Origin: Elsinoe ampelina
Lineage: Eukaryota
NCBI GenBank assembly: GCA_010093995.1
Contig: ML992510.1
Span: 1,334,326-1,383,303 of the forward strand
Direction: 5' to 3'
DNA: 48,978 nt
In this document: positions 1 to 12,300 of the stretch, piece after piece
How positions within the stretch are numbered: position 1 is the stretch's first letter
How the letters are laid out: each line of letters starts with the position of its first letter
Notes under the pieces: generated by a model
Seen by the model: the letters and a program-made list of their open reading frames with translations, nothing else
Databases searched by the model: none
What the model was told of the DNA's origin: nothing
Program-made: the position numbers and the translations under genes

Positions 1-960
1 GCGACTGAGAAGGATACTGCCTGATGACCACAACTAGGTCCAAGTGCTTATAAATCAGCCTGCTGCTGGTTGGGGCTGTTGTAACCACTTAGTCAAATGC
101 ATTTTTGTGCTTCCACTCACTGCAGCTTTCTGCTCTATCCACTGTGGGTATGTTAGCATCACGCGTTGCACGTCTTACTATGGCACGTCACGTCCGCAGG
201 CCGGTGATGCTGTTCGGTCAATCCTGGCCAAGAAGGACTGAAGAAACGTATTGCCGGTTCGTGCCTGAATCAGGATGGCCGCCTGCTCTCTTGTTAAATT
301 TCCATATAGTCCGATTGTGTGCTTGCCTGGTAGCGCTCGATCTAGCGTATAGGTGTAATTCCCCAACCCTGGCCGTCGAGCTCTCTGTTCTGCTCTTTGA
401 ATGTCTTGGTCAATAAGTCTAGCCACAGCTTATTGCTCACGGTTGCCAACCATTGGATCACGACTCGACTTCTGTACGGGAAGAGTCATGAGCTTCGCCA
501 CCTTGTCCGTGGCACAGTTGCAAGGTATGTCCCGCTCATTTTGTCTGGAACTGACAATCTCATCGTGTTCCTGTACTGCAGCGATCTCTGCGTTCGTCGC
601 CTTGAGGCTACCAGATCTCGACATAAGCAGGGCCCAGAGCTCTGTCGAATCGTGAGGCGAAATGCGCTGTCCAGCAAAAGGCGCTTCCACTAACACTTGA
701 GCGTCGCTGTGATTGGGCTCGAATGCCTGTCGTTTGTCTTAATTAGCGCAGGCCATTTCGAACCCAGGGAACGAGATGGTGGCAATGACGCTGCCCCTAT
801 GTCTGCCACAGCCACCTTACTTTCTAGACACGCTGATATTTGAATGATGTTGGCCTCGTCCTTCATAGCCCCGTAGGACACTATCTTCAAAGCGGACATC
901 ACACGGCTTGTCTCAAGCTTGTCTAAGGTCCTAGAGAGACTCGAGGTCTCTATATGTTCA
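1..960 (-). mobile_element. Degenerate 3' fragment of a Tad1-like non-LTR retrotransposon (RNase H domain and C-terminal Cys/His region)
   Basis: Minus-strand pieces YTYTLDRALPGKHTIGLYGNLTREQAAILIQARTGNTFLQSFLARIDRTASPACG closely match the C-terminus of the LINE ORF2 at 21197-25240. The frame is broken into several ORFs (178-426, 430-696, 690-902) by stops and frameshifts. Upstream boundary approximate. Confidence 0.9.
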
Positions 961-1001
961 CGTTTGTCCTTAGCGTGCCGACTGATCTGGCACAGTCGAT
1001 C

Positions 1002-1805
1002 TTAGTCTCGATGACGGCCTGAGGGAGTCGCCGCCGTCCATGATCGATGAAACTTGCCATGGATGAGTTGTTGGCATGTCCTTATCGCATTCGCAAGCGT
1101 CTCCTCTGTTTGGCAGTGCATACGGAGGTCGTGAGGAGTCAGAACGAACCTATCCACTGCGTCTTCGCATGACATGCGTGGTGGACCGCCAGAGTATCGG
1201 CTTGTCCACCACCTCCAAGAGGCATAGCTAAGCAGCTGGCTAGGAAGCGGTTCGATCATGATCAATTTACCGTTCTGGACAACATGCAAGTATTGATCAT
1301 CGATCATCTCTTTGTACTTCCCTTGCTGCGGATGACGGGGCATTTGCGGACTCGCTGAACCGGAACAGCCTTGTGAGTCAGGTGCGTTGCATGTGAAGTG
1401 CGATGGAAAAACTTGAGTGATCCCATCCAAACGGTTCATATCCATAGCTGTAGGAGTTTTGGACCGTTCCAGACACGGATGTGTCGAGCAAGGGACACCG
1501 TCGTCTTCCCATCTTCATGTTAGACGGATACGCTGCGCAATATATTGAGAGTCCTCATAGCATCCCTGGAAAGCACCTTTGCTGACTTCAAAACAATCAG
1601 TAACACTCTTGAAACTTTGACGACCATGTGCCAAGGCGGTGCTCTCCCGCATCTCATGGTCAACATGAATTACTGGGGCGATAATGAGAATCTCGTCATC
1701 TTTAGGACGCATTCCCGCCACTGAGACCGCTGGGTGAGAGTCCTGGTCAAAATACACAAGGCTCGCCAAAGGATTCAGACGAGATAAGCCACCATGAAAA
1801 ACCAA
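1002..1805 (-). pseudogene. Possible hypothetical gene or gene remnant (ORFs 1002-1445 and 1515-1805)
   Basis: Two same-strand ORFs of 147 and 96 aa, with an acceptor-like GCTAAT...TGTCAG just upstream of the 96-aa ORF. No family recognised. Confidence 0.3.
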
Positions 1806-2186
1806 GGGTTTATCTGACAGGAGGCAAATTAGCTTTAGTCGTCATGGTATCACAAGAGTGGAAATTTGCACGATCCCTCAACAAGGCGCTGTTTGCTCCG
1901 TGGCGGATTCTACAATCCCTTCGAACATGGCATCTTTGTTTAAGTCTCACACAACATGGCACAAGTTGAACAGAGGGAAATGCCACATCATGGAGAGGAG
2001 AGAAGAGGCAGAGCAGGAGGTGGGAGATTTCTTATGAATTGACACCTTTATCACCTCATTGCTCCTGCGTTGGGAATGTCATATCATAAAAGTCCCTTCA
2101 TCACAGAAATATAACTGCTCCTGTGCGTACAAGTCCTTCACCCACTGGAATGCCAGTTGCCCTATTGGCAGTTCGCACTCAAAATG

Positions 2187-3690
2187 TCATGAAATTTGAT
2201 AAGTTTGTGGTCGGCTGCGTCGAAGCCAGTCGTCTTTCATCCGAGCGACTCGGCGATATCCAGGATAAAACGATGGCGGTCTTTCTTGGGCACTCAGTCC
2301 AGAAAGCCAAGCTTCGAAAACCATGTCCTGCTCCAATTCCTGCAATGATCTTGTGCTCCATTTCTCCTTATTTTGATCTTGACCTTGATCCTGATCTGAT
2401 CTGAATGAGGCCGGGGACGGCGGCGTTGTCAATGGCAGGCGTGCTAACGAAGTACGGGGAGGCATAGTTCCCGTTGAAATATGTTCGCTGGTTCGTCTCT
2501 TGGCCGGGCGTGCACTAGTATTCGCTGTCAGACAATGGCGACCCTGCTTAGCATCATGGGAGTCCTCCAGGTCCTGGTCGGTAGCTCGTTGTCGCTTCTT
2601 TGGACTTCGACTTCGGGAAGCAGCGATTCTTGCGCGCAGCCTCTCAATTGGCATCTCGTCTGTCTATTCCTAAGTGACGCAGCCCTGGCTGTCTTTGCTA
2701 GATACTAGTAGTCGGCGCACGACTCTAGGCTTCCTAAGAAAACCTGACAGGGACGGAAAGATGGCCTATACAAGGCGCGCATAAAGCAATTGCAAGCTGC
2801 ATTGACTTAAATCATGACTCTGTCTGTTGTGATACAAAGGCAGGAGATCCGGCGTTGGCTCTAGCATGTGAATGTGGAATCCTTTGTCAGATTTAGGGTA
2901 GAAGACAAACTTCCTTTCGTCGAACGAAATATATAGATCTTTTCTCAAAAGTGTCAAGTTTCCCAAATCTTGCATGACATGTTCTGTATCAAGGCTGAGA
3001 TCTAGGTTCCATTGTTGTAGAGAGTTGTGTAAAAACTATTCCTTCTCGTGCTCCGGACAGAGATAGGCGACCTCGGTACTACTACTATACGAGGACACTC
3101 GACATGTTATGTCCCGCGATCGTACGGCTACACTGACACTAGACTAGGAAGTAGAACTGTGAATCTGGTCGCAAGGTACAATTCTACTAAAGGCACGTAG
3201 CAACCTTCGCAGAAATAGCTAGTCTTAAAAGGTAGGCACGATCGGATATTGATATACATGTTCGGAATACTATGCGTCGTGATCTAAAGCTCTATAATCA
3301 GCTAAAAGATCTAGAATGTGAGAGACACTAACCTAATCGAGACACGTGGAAGTAATAGTCGCTAGCTAGTAGAATCTCGTCAATGCCTACGTCTAAACTA
3401 TAGACACTTTCATTAGCAGAAAGTGAGAGAAACCTGTTCTCTGCATTACCGGCTATTAGCGTGCATACAGTGAGGACAAAGCCATGATGTAAGCCTCCTT
3501 TCTCGTGGTCTAGGGCATATAGCGTAAGTAGGAGGTTGTCGTCTAACTCGTAGCTAGGGTGATGGATTCGTAATCGACAGTGACTAGGTGCTTTTGTCAA
3601 GAACGATAGACCCTCCGGAAGATATTCCGGAAAGAGCGATACCTAGGGACGTAGCTGCAGTAGGCTAAGGGGGTAGAAAGTTAAGGACAT
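2187..3690 (-). pseudogene. Fungal HNH (HNH_2-type) endonuclease-domain gene inactivated by RIP
   Basis: Reading through TAG stops gives IHHPSY..LLTLYALD..GGLHHG..LTVCTLIAGN..DEILLASDYYFHV, then a probable intron, then RDITCRVS..EVAY(H)LCP..E*(W)F..NLTLLRKDLY(H)ISFD..LYARLV*(W)AIF, continuing into ORF 2187-2654 (SRSRSPKKR...YPGY..KDDWL..RP). In-frame ATG at 3690. Confidence 0.85.
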
Positions 3691-4129
3691 GTAGATGCAT
3701 GTCCTTGTCCGAAGAGATTATAATGATCGTTAAACACGAAGACATTGCCTAAACAAACATGACAACATCGCTGGCTAATCACCGGCGAAACACTATAATT
3801 CTTAGCACTTCCTCTACAACAGGTTATAGAGCAGCTGATTTAATTTTCTTAGAGAAAGCTATCCTTTAGAGGGAGCAATAACTTGAGATATAATAGTGAA
3901 AATATCTTCACTGTAGAAACAAGCCCTAAGAATGGCACGAAGCAGATGTAAGTTAGATGATTATAGACAATTGTAGTGAAAGGACTACCTCTATATAGGT
4001 TCGGTACGTGTGCTTTCCAAATAAATTAGGTACAGCGCGTGCTAAGAGCATGAAAATTCCTTGCTCAATCAAAAGCGATGATCTTACTATGTTTAGCCCT
4101 AGATATGCGGTGCGCCTTCTGCTCGTTAT

Positions 4130-4740
4130 TAGTGTGTATACACTTTATCGCAGTTAGTAGTCCTATCCTAGCGACTAGAACTCTCCCACTGTGATCTACT
4201 TAGCTCCATTCTCCTATGCCCTTAAATTAAGCTATTTTAGAATCTAGCTCTTCTATAGCTAGATCGAGCTAGATCGATACGGAGAGTTTTCGTTTAGATA
4301 GGGTTAACTTATTATCCTAGATATTATATATTCTTATCTTAATACTCTATAAACTATAGTATAGTATCTCCTTAATATTATTTATTATTACTTTTATATA
4401 GATAGTCTACTTGTCTTATGTATGTCTTTTATCCTATAACCTTTACTATTCTAAGTGTTAAATAAGACTATTAGTCCCTTAGCTACTCTATTTGTAGTTA
4501 ATTTAAGAGATTTAGTTTAGTAGTCCTATAGTCTTAAACCTCTTTTATTATATCTTTTTAATAATACCTATAATAGAAAAAACAATTCTATTCCTTCTAG
4601 CTACTAGCTCTTAGTATTAGTTCTACTTTAATATTCTTCTAAGTTACTACTTTTATAACTATCTATAATTTCTAGCTATATAATTAGTAGAATTAATAGA
4701 TTTATTCTATTAAGTTATATAAGGTAAGGTCCCTATATAA
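4130..4740. repeat. AT-rich, TpA-enriched RIP-degraded repeat remnant
   Basis: CpA and TpG nearly absent, TA/TAG/CTA dense, abrupt return to normal composition at ~4741. Original element not identifiable. Confidence 0.75.
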
Positions 4741-5599
4741 GTTGGTTACAATTATCGGCCGGGAAACTCTGCCCCTGAAAGTGTCTGTCATCCTTATCGC
4801 TTTGCCATCCTTTTGTCTTGATCAATGTCTGTATTATCTTCAGTTGATCAATGAATTGTACAGACCTGACGACGCAGCTCGTCCAACCTTCGGAAATGTG
4901 ATGCTACCTGCTCTAAGTAGATCGTGATTATGCCATTACCTCGGATGCCTACTTCATCATCTTCCAGGAAACGGGTGGAAGCGTTACATGCCATGTCGTT
5001 GTTCAACACTAACATAGTGAGTCGTCATTCAATGATCAGGAGAATGGGCGACTGAGCTAGTGAGTGAGTGATGCATCGGAATGTAGACGTAACAGCTGTG
5101 ACAATTTATGCTAGGAAGGCCCCCGGAATGCAAGACGCGCATGCTGAGCAGTCGACTAGCCAACCCAGCACTACGTCACGTCACGTCACGACTGTTCTAA
5201 TGGAGGAGTGTAATTTTAAAGGGTACGTCAAGCAGGTCTGACATGGCTCTGTGAGTGCAGAGCACTCCAACTTCCCACTCAACCCACCGCTACCGAGATA
5301 TTCAGGTTGTCAGTCCTACTTGGCGCTCTGTCTCAATTCGCTGTCACGAACACGATGAAAACCTTCCTTTAAGCCCATCAATTTGTCATGGTGGGTTCAA
5401 AATTGACATTGAGAGACTGTGAACAGGCGAGCATCACATGTCGTACATCTTTCTATTGCACGCCACATGGAGACGTTGGCTATGGTGTTCATTCAATTCT
5501 AGCTATGAAGGACTAGAAAAAGACTCTTTCCAGTCCTCGCCTCCGCAAGAATAGCGACTCCTGCTCTTAATAAATCGCCACACAGCCGAGCTTTGTTTC

Positions 5600-5790
5600 T
5601 ACCTAGCAGTGCTCGATCGTAGCTCCCAAACTCTGGAGCTCCCAAACTTCGGCGGTCGGATTGCTTGCTGCGCCTCTCGGATATCTTTGTCGATAAGCTT
5701 AGCGACTACCTTATGTTCGTCGTAGAATCCTGACTCGGCTTCTGTGTGGGCTGGAATATTGGCCTTCGCTGCCTTATCCGCGGCACAATT
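5600..5790 (-). mobile_element. Very short LINE RNase H-linker relic
   Basis: AADKAAK...KVVAKLIDKDIREAQQAIRPPKFG resembles AADALAK...KVVTALIGKDIRQAQKAARQPKFG in the LINE ORF2. Confidence 0.65.
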
Positions 5791-6368
5791 CAAGCCCGAA
5801 GCTCCAGCCGTCTTTTCTTCTCTCCTCCAGAGCAAAGAGGAGCTGCTGAGCCGTCAAGAGCTCCACCCAGGCCGCAAAGTGTGTCACAGTCGCCGGCGGC
5901 CCCTTTTGATCTATGCTTCGACGCTCCAACCGAATCTGTCTATCCACTCCTACTCCAGACAGGAGGGATTACCCACGTGGAGTGATTGTCACAACGTCAA
6001 GAAGTGAGAATACATAGTATTGTGCTAGCACATGTCTGCCTTTGACGTGTATTTACGTGGCGTGTTTGATGGACGGAAGCCGATCATAAGTAGTGACTGT
6101 GACGTGAGTCGTACACAGAATCTCAGCTGTTCTGTTCCACTAGCTATCGTCCAGCATTGGCCAGGAAGATGAGATTCACACTGTACTTGGTGAAGCTAAG
6201 TAGGTAGGTTGCATTCAAATTCGCTTGATCGATGGACAGCCCATCCATTGACTTGTCGATGCCTGTAATTGCAAGCTCGTCTCTTCTCGTGCAACACCTC
6301 CAGCAATTCCGCCGAAACACTCGTCTTCCAGCTTCTATGATTAGAGGCTTGCGTCCTCATGACATGAT

Positions 6369-9300
6369 TCACGCGCCAAGCGTGAAAAAAGCATGATCTC
6401 TCTTGATTGTCCGTCGTTGACAAACATATCCCATGGGCGTGCAAAGGATATCGCGAGCGCCGCGTCGTAGCGCTAGCCATTCAAGTAGGAAATCTGCTTG
6501 TTTCGTACAAAGTCTCGGCGCGGCTTCGTCTTGACCCCCCTGATCTTTATTGAACCCAAGGTATCGTTTGAGATAGTCCAATTCGTCCCACAGGAAGTAC
6601 ATCCGCCCTGCCAAAATACCAACCTCGACAGCAAGCCAGTCCGGAGGAACCTGTCCACTGTGTAAGGCTGGTATGGCGAAGTAGTTCAGCTTGCTGAAGT
6701 GCTGCATCTGCTTTGTCACAGGGGCAGCATAACTCAGTAGATGGGCGGCAGTCTTCACTTCTGTTGTCAAAATATCCATCAGCAAATCGGCTTCCTCTGG
6801 TATGACAACAATGCCTCTGTTTGTCTTTGGACACCACAAGACCCATTCAACAGGTCGCTGCAATCTATCAGTGCAAATTCGAAGGTATTGGGGATGATCG
6901 TACCAAGTACTCGTCCCCTGGTTGGTTGTGCACACTCCCTTCTATGCTTCGACCAAATTCGTCTGAGACAAACAGATTTGTATCGAATCTGCTAATACCA
7001 TACTGCATACCGGTCTTGGTCTTGATCAACGTACTGGCGAATGAATCGAAGATATCAATGGGATCTGGCTGACTCGTGGCTGCGAATGAGCATAGTGCAG
7101 GGTGAAGTCCCGGAAATCGTAGCGCTCGATAGCGAGCCGGTCCTTCGATTTCACGGACTTCCTCGACTTGGAATTCTACTTCTCTCTCCTGCTCCACTTC
7201 TTGCAACATATCCTGTGTGTTTGCCCTTCCCTCGATCAGCGCGTTGCGTTGGAATAGCACTTCTGCATGATTCCTTAGTGCGGGATTCGATATCGCCGAG
7301 AGAACATTGTCAATAGTTTCGGGCGACTCCGAACCGTATATGGAAGCCAGAGTGTGACCTTCCCGTCTGCATAATTTCGAAAGAAGCTTCCTGCGATCTT
7401 CATTGCCGTCACGACTAGCTGCGTATTCCCAAACAGCGTCTTTGCGCGCACAGAAGTCGAGGCCTTGCGCAACGTGAAGCGGAAGCATATTCTCGTTATT
7501 CTCACATGTTTGATCAAGGAGCCAAGCGACCACATGATGCGATTTGATCTCTCCGTTGGCCGGTCGGCAGAAATTCAGGAGGCTCTGGTGCACATCTGGC
7601 GGCGCGAAAAATTTAATTGACTGAGTTGTTGAGAGTTGCCGTAGCCGCATAGCAGCCTGCACGGTATGATCTTTGGTTTGTCCAAGAGCCAGCGTCAATG
7701 CTCCTATTGCAAACTCGGGGAATTTGAGATCGACGCCGCGAGTGTGACATTCGTCGAGGTAAATGACGCAGTCGCTCAGATCATCAACGAATGGCGTAGC
7801 AACAAGCGGAACATCTGCTGATTTTCCACGATACTTGACCCAGATCCGGTGGTCTCTACCGAAGTAGACGGCAGCCTTGGCTTCGTGATCCTCCTTCAGC
7901 CAGGCTTCCGCAAGGGTATTGTTGTCCATCTCCATGACATATGCTCCTGCATCGATGAGTACACGAATCTTCATCTGAGCAAGTCTTTTGAGAAATGCGT
8001 TTTCTGTTAGTCGGACATCACCATCCGCAGCATGATGATACCCGTGATTCCGCTCTTCGAGAAAGTATCCCAAAACTTCCGCATTGGTGGAGACCAAACT
8101 TGGTAGATCTTCCTGCTGTATCGACGATGGCAGTATAATTCTGTTGTCGTTGGTACCGCTGAATCCAGTGGTCCTCGCCTGATCGGCATCTCCTCCATTT
8201 GCGTTGTCTATGAGTGCAATGTCCCACGCTGACGCTTGGAGCTTGATCGCAAATTGTTTCATGTGAATAGGGAAGACGAATTGGTTCAGGTAATGATTGA
8301 TCACAGTGCGATCGAGCCTGAGACACTTCCACATGCGGTCGAGCTGAGAATGATCGGCAAGGTTGATAAGATTCCACTGACTCAAAGTGGCTGGTAGTCG
8401 AGTAGAAGCAGTCCACCTACCAAATTCCATGGCCGGATCGTCCGAGCGTAGAACATGAGCCAAGCCTTCTTTGAACTGAGTAGAGCTCAGACCTTGATAG
8501 TAGAAGGAAAGACACGTCAAGGAGATGGTAACGTCTGGATGCCCGAACTCCGCTCGCTCGGATGGAACACCTTTCGCCTCAAAGGGTACGGCGACCGGGC
8601 ATCGATCCAGGTCTAGTCCGTACTGTACGTTCCATCTTTTACGGAGGCACAGGGAGATGATACGATGCAATAGAAGACCTCGTCCGGTGAGGAGCACTTT
8701 CGCCGCTGAAATTTGATCTGCAGTCAGGCGAACCGCCGTAGCGAGATCGACTTCATCCAGCTTTTCGCTCGTCAAGACACGCTTGATGACGTCACACCCC
8801 CCTTGTGTCGTTTCTTGGGCGAAACGAAAGACGCTCGTCTGCCCTCTAGAGATTTCTTCCACCATTTGCGCCAGTAACATCGTCTCAGGCTCATCGCTGA
8901 GAAAATTGATGAGGGGAAAACCCGGACTCCGATCGACAACGACAACCGTCCTAGGAAACATAGCTTGGAGGTTACCAATATGGTCCTCGATTAGTTCGAA
9001 CAGCTTCTCAGCGACGTCCCATCGCCAGGGACTACCATCCACAACAGAATGTGCACCACTGGGATAGATGAGTTGTGTCTTGGTGCCCAGGACAAAATCC
9101 GACTCGTCGATGACATCTCGAGCTCTGGTATCGAAGAACCTCTGGACATCGAGAAGCTTTTGGGCGGCCTCTACTTTCCCATCTAAAAGAAGTTGCCAGC
9201 TATTCAGCTGTGAGGAAAGCAAACTTTCAGGTGAAACGACAATGATCCCTCCATTCATCAAAGTTGCTCTATGCTGTTCCTCGTAAAAGTTGAGCATCTC

Positions 9301-12300
9301 TTCTGTGCAGGCGGTCCTTCTATCGAACGGGAAGTGGCTGATCTCGCGGCCAGCGAGCATGCCAAGACGTGAGTGCAACACCTGAACAGTCTGAAACACG
9401 AGCGGCCGCGGTACGATCAGACGCGCGAGTTGCAAACGATTTGCCAGGATTGCCATGACCATGGGACAGATGACCGACGTTTTGCCTTGACCCATGTTCA
9501 TTTGAAGCACACAATTCCTCGCACAAGACGGTCTGATCACTGCTTCTGCCACTTCTACCTGCTCTGGGCGGATCATGAGACTTCCTTCAAGCTCGATCAA
9601 AAGCCAATCTGGATACTCAGAAGGATCCCAGTTCTCGTGACCCGTGTTGGTGAGTTCAGAAGAAAGGGCCACAAGATCATTCTTGCGATAAGCTATTTGC
9701 ATGCGATGCACGCGCTGGAGCTGAATAAGTGCCAGAGCCAGATCAATCAAGCCACTCCGCATGGAAATCGAAGCCCGCTTTGTGTGCGAAGATCTCAGAA
9801 GCTGCGCGAGATCCATGAAACTTTCACTCGGCCACAATTGGCCTGTAAGGAGCCACGGAACTTGTTGCTGTTCATTGCGCAACGACTCCTTGACCTTGCC
9901 ATGCTGTCTCGAGACTAGTGCTCGAGCAGCTTCCAGTGCTTTCCTCATGGTAAATTGCGGATTCGACAATGTGTGGATAGGCACGCCCGATTGACTCCCC
10001 AACGATGCCGCTCTGAGACTGGACATTATGTCATTAGCGTATTGCTTTCGCACTTTACTGTCTGAGATTGCGAGCTCATCCACCAAGCCGCGAAGCTCCT
10101 TGACGATAGAATCGCTAGCTCTGGGCTTTCTTTTCGTGGTGAACTTGCCGGTCGAGAATATCTCGTTGATGGTCGCATCTACGCGCATGTCACTCGGGTG
10201 CAGGACGTCTTTTTCAATGAGTTCCGCAAGCGATTGCGGCTTTCTCGGTCTTCCCATAACGTTCGGCGATCTATAAGACGCTTCGGCAATTTCACGAGTT
10301 CTGGGCGCGGCTAGTACCATCGATATTACACTTCCGTCGACAATCGATTGCGCTTGCTTTACATATTGCGTGAATGCGTGCAAGCGCAGACGGTGTCTCC
10401 ATTCTACGCGCAGTGCTTCTGCGGCGACGTTGGTATCGATCTTGTCGAAACTATGATCATGGAAAACCGGATCTGGCTCAGGCCATTGCCTCAGTAATTG
10501 TTGTACCATTTCGAGTCCTTGTTGCTGGCAGCGTATACCGAATTCGAGACGGAGCGTTTGGCGTTGCCTTTTCCGAGCCGTTCGATCTGGCACATACGGT
10601 CTGAAAGCCTCGACGATCAGGTCGAGCAATTCTTGTTCTTTCGGTTTGGCAACGGCAAGATATTTTGTAGGGACAGAATGATCAGGTACCTCGAGGTTCT
10701 TCAACTGCTGAAGTGAATTGTACGCTCCAAGTAGACTGAGCACCTCAGCGCTGCAGTCCCCGTTGAAGGTAAGCACTCCGAGCAGGAAAGCAGCCTCGTA
10801 CTTCGTAGCCGCCATGAAGACGTCAAGTAAGCCAAACCAGTGTTCTCCCACTTTCAAGTTACAAAGGCAAGCCAGCGAGCTTGTGAGGGTGACCGTATTT
10901 CGGTCATTTCCACCGAGCGTATCCCACCTGCACATCATTGCATGGTAGTCACTCTTGATCATGACACGCGATTCCAGAACGGCTTTCGACACAGCGTAAA
11001 CTGTGCACGATTCGCTTGACCCTGTTTGTTTATCTCGTGATTGGTAAACAAGATCCTGACTGTCTGTTGTGCATAGAGTGCTCGTTACTGCATTCTCCCG
11101 TTCGCGGTACATTCGGCGGATTGCGGCTCTCCGCCGTAGCCATTCGATGTCAGGACTGGTGCGTAATGTGGAAGATCGTTCCTTGTAGGCACCAAGGTTG
11201 AACGACCTGTCTAGAATCTTTTGCACGACGAGATGGAAAGCATCGTGTTGAGTGTGGAACGGGAGTCTGTCATTCCAGCTCACCTTCTGCAATACCTTCT
11301 TATCGGCGGGATAGTACTGTCGAGTGGGAGAAAGACGCTGGATGGTTTGTAGGATCCCCATCACTCCCTCTGCCAGAGGTGCCCAAGGCTGAGCGACAGA
11401 GGAAGTGAGAATAGCTAGTGCTTCTTCCGTTCCGGTCTTCTTCGTCAAAGGATCAGGTGTGACGAAAGATGTCAAAGCGTGCAGGAGCGCTTTCATATAC
11501 AATAGTCGGGGCTCAGGTGGACATTTCAGCCGTCCCATCACCTCGTCAATGTCGAATCTGCCGTAGCCTGATAGACCAGTCATCGAAATATTGACATGTA
11601 TGCCTTGCTGATGCCACGACGGTAGGTCAAGTGGGAACAAGATAGAACGCCGATCGGTTCGTGTGTCACGTAGAACCAGTGCGCTCTGCAATCCGTACAG
11701 CGTACCGGCATCTTGGTCGCTGTCTATCTCTGAATGCAATTCTTGGGATTCCAATAATCCGTTATTGTTGACTCTGAACGATAATTCCAGATCCCGAAGA
11801 GCCACACGAAGTCTCATAGATTGAGTGACGTATACAGTGATTCTGATTGGCTTTTCGAAATGTTCCATGAGGCGATATATCTTGGCGAATGTGTCTGAGT
11901 AGGGACAGATCAGCATCGAGTTACCACGGACCGCCTGCCTTCTTCGTATAGAAATTTTCCAATCGCGAGGCCTACTTCGCCATATGTCTGGTTTCCGACG
12001 ACACTCCAGCTCATTGGTGCGGATATTGAGCCAATGAACACAGCTGAGAAGTTCTTTTGGCAGATCGAAAGTACCTTCTTTCTCGAAGATGCGACGAGAC
12101 ACATGCTGCCATGATCCATGTAACGAATGGGCTTGGATTAGAATCGAAGTGGTGTGAAGTCCGATATGTATGACATGTCCTTCAATCGATCTTTGAAGGC
12201 GGTATGTCATACCGGGTAGATTGGAAGGATACACCAGCATTGTCCGGTCCCCAAAAAGTTCCTTAATGTCCTCGTTGTCCAGTATTTTTTGGGGAAGCTT

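Noticed and set aside
5171..5191. (ACGTC)n 5-bp repeat with CRE-like cores; also the 21-bp-period duplication at ~27735-27772
   Set aside because: Short slippage-type repeats with no linked gene or other support for a function.
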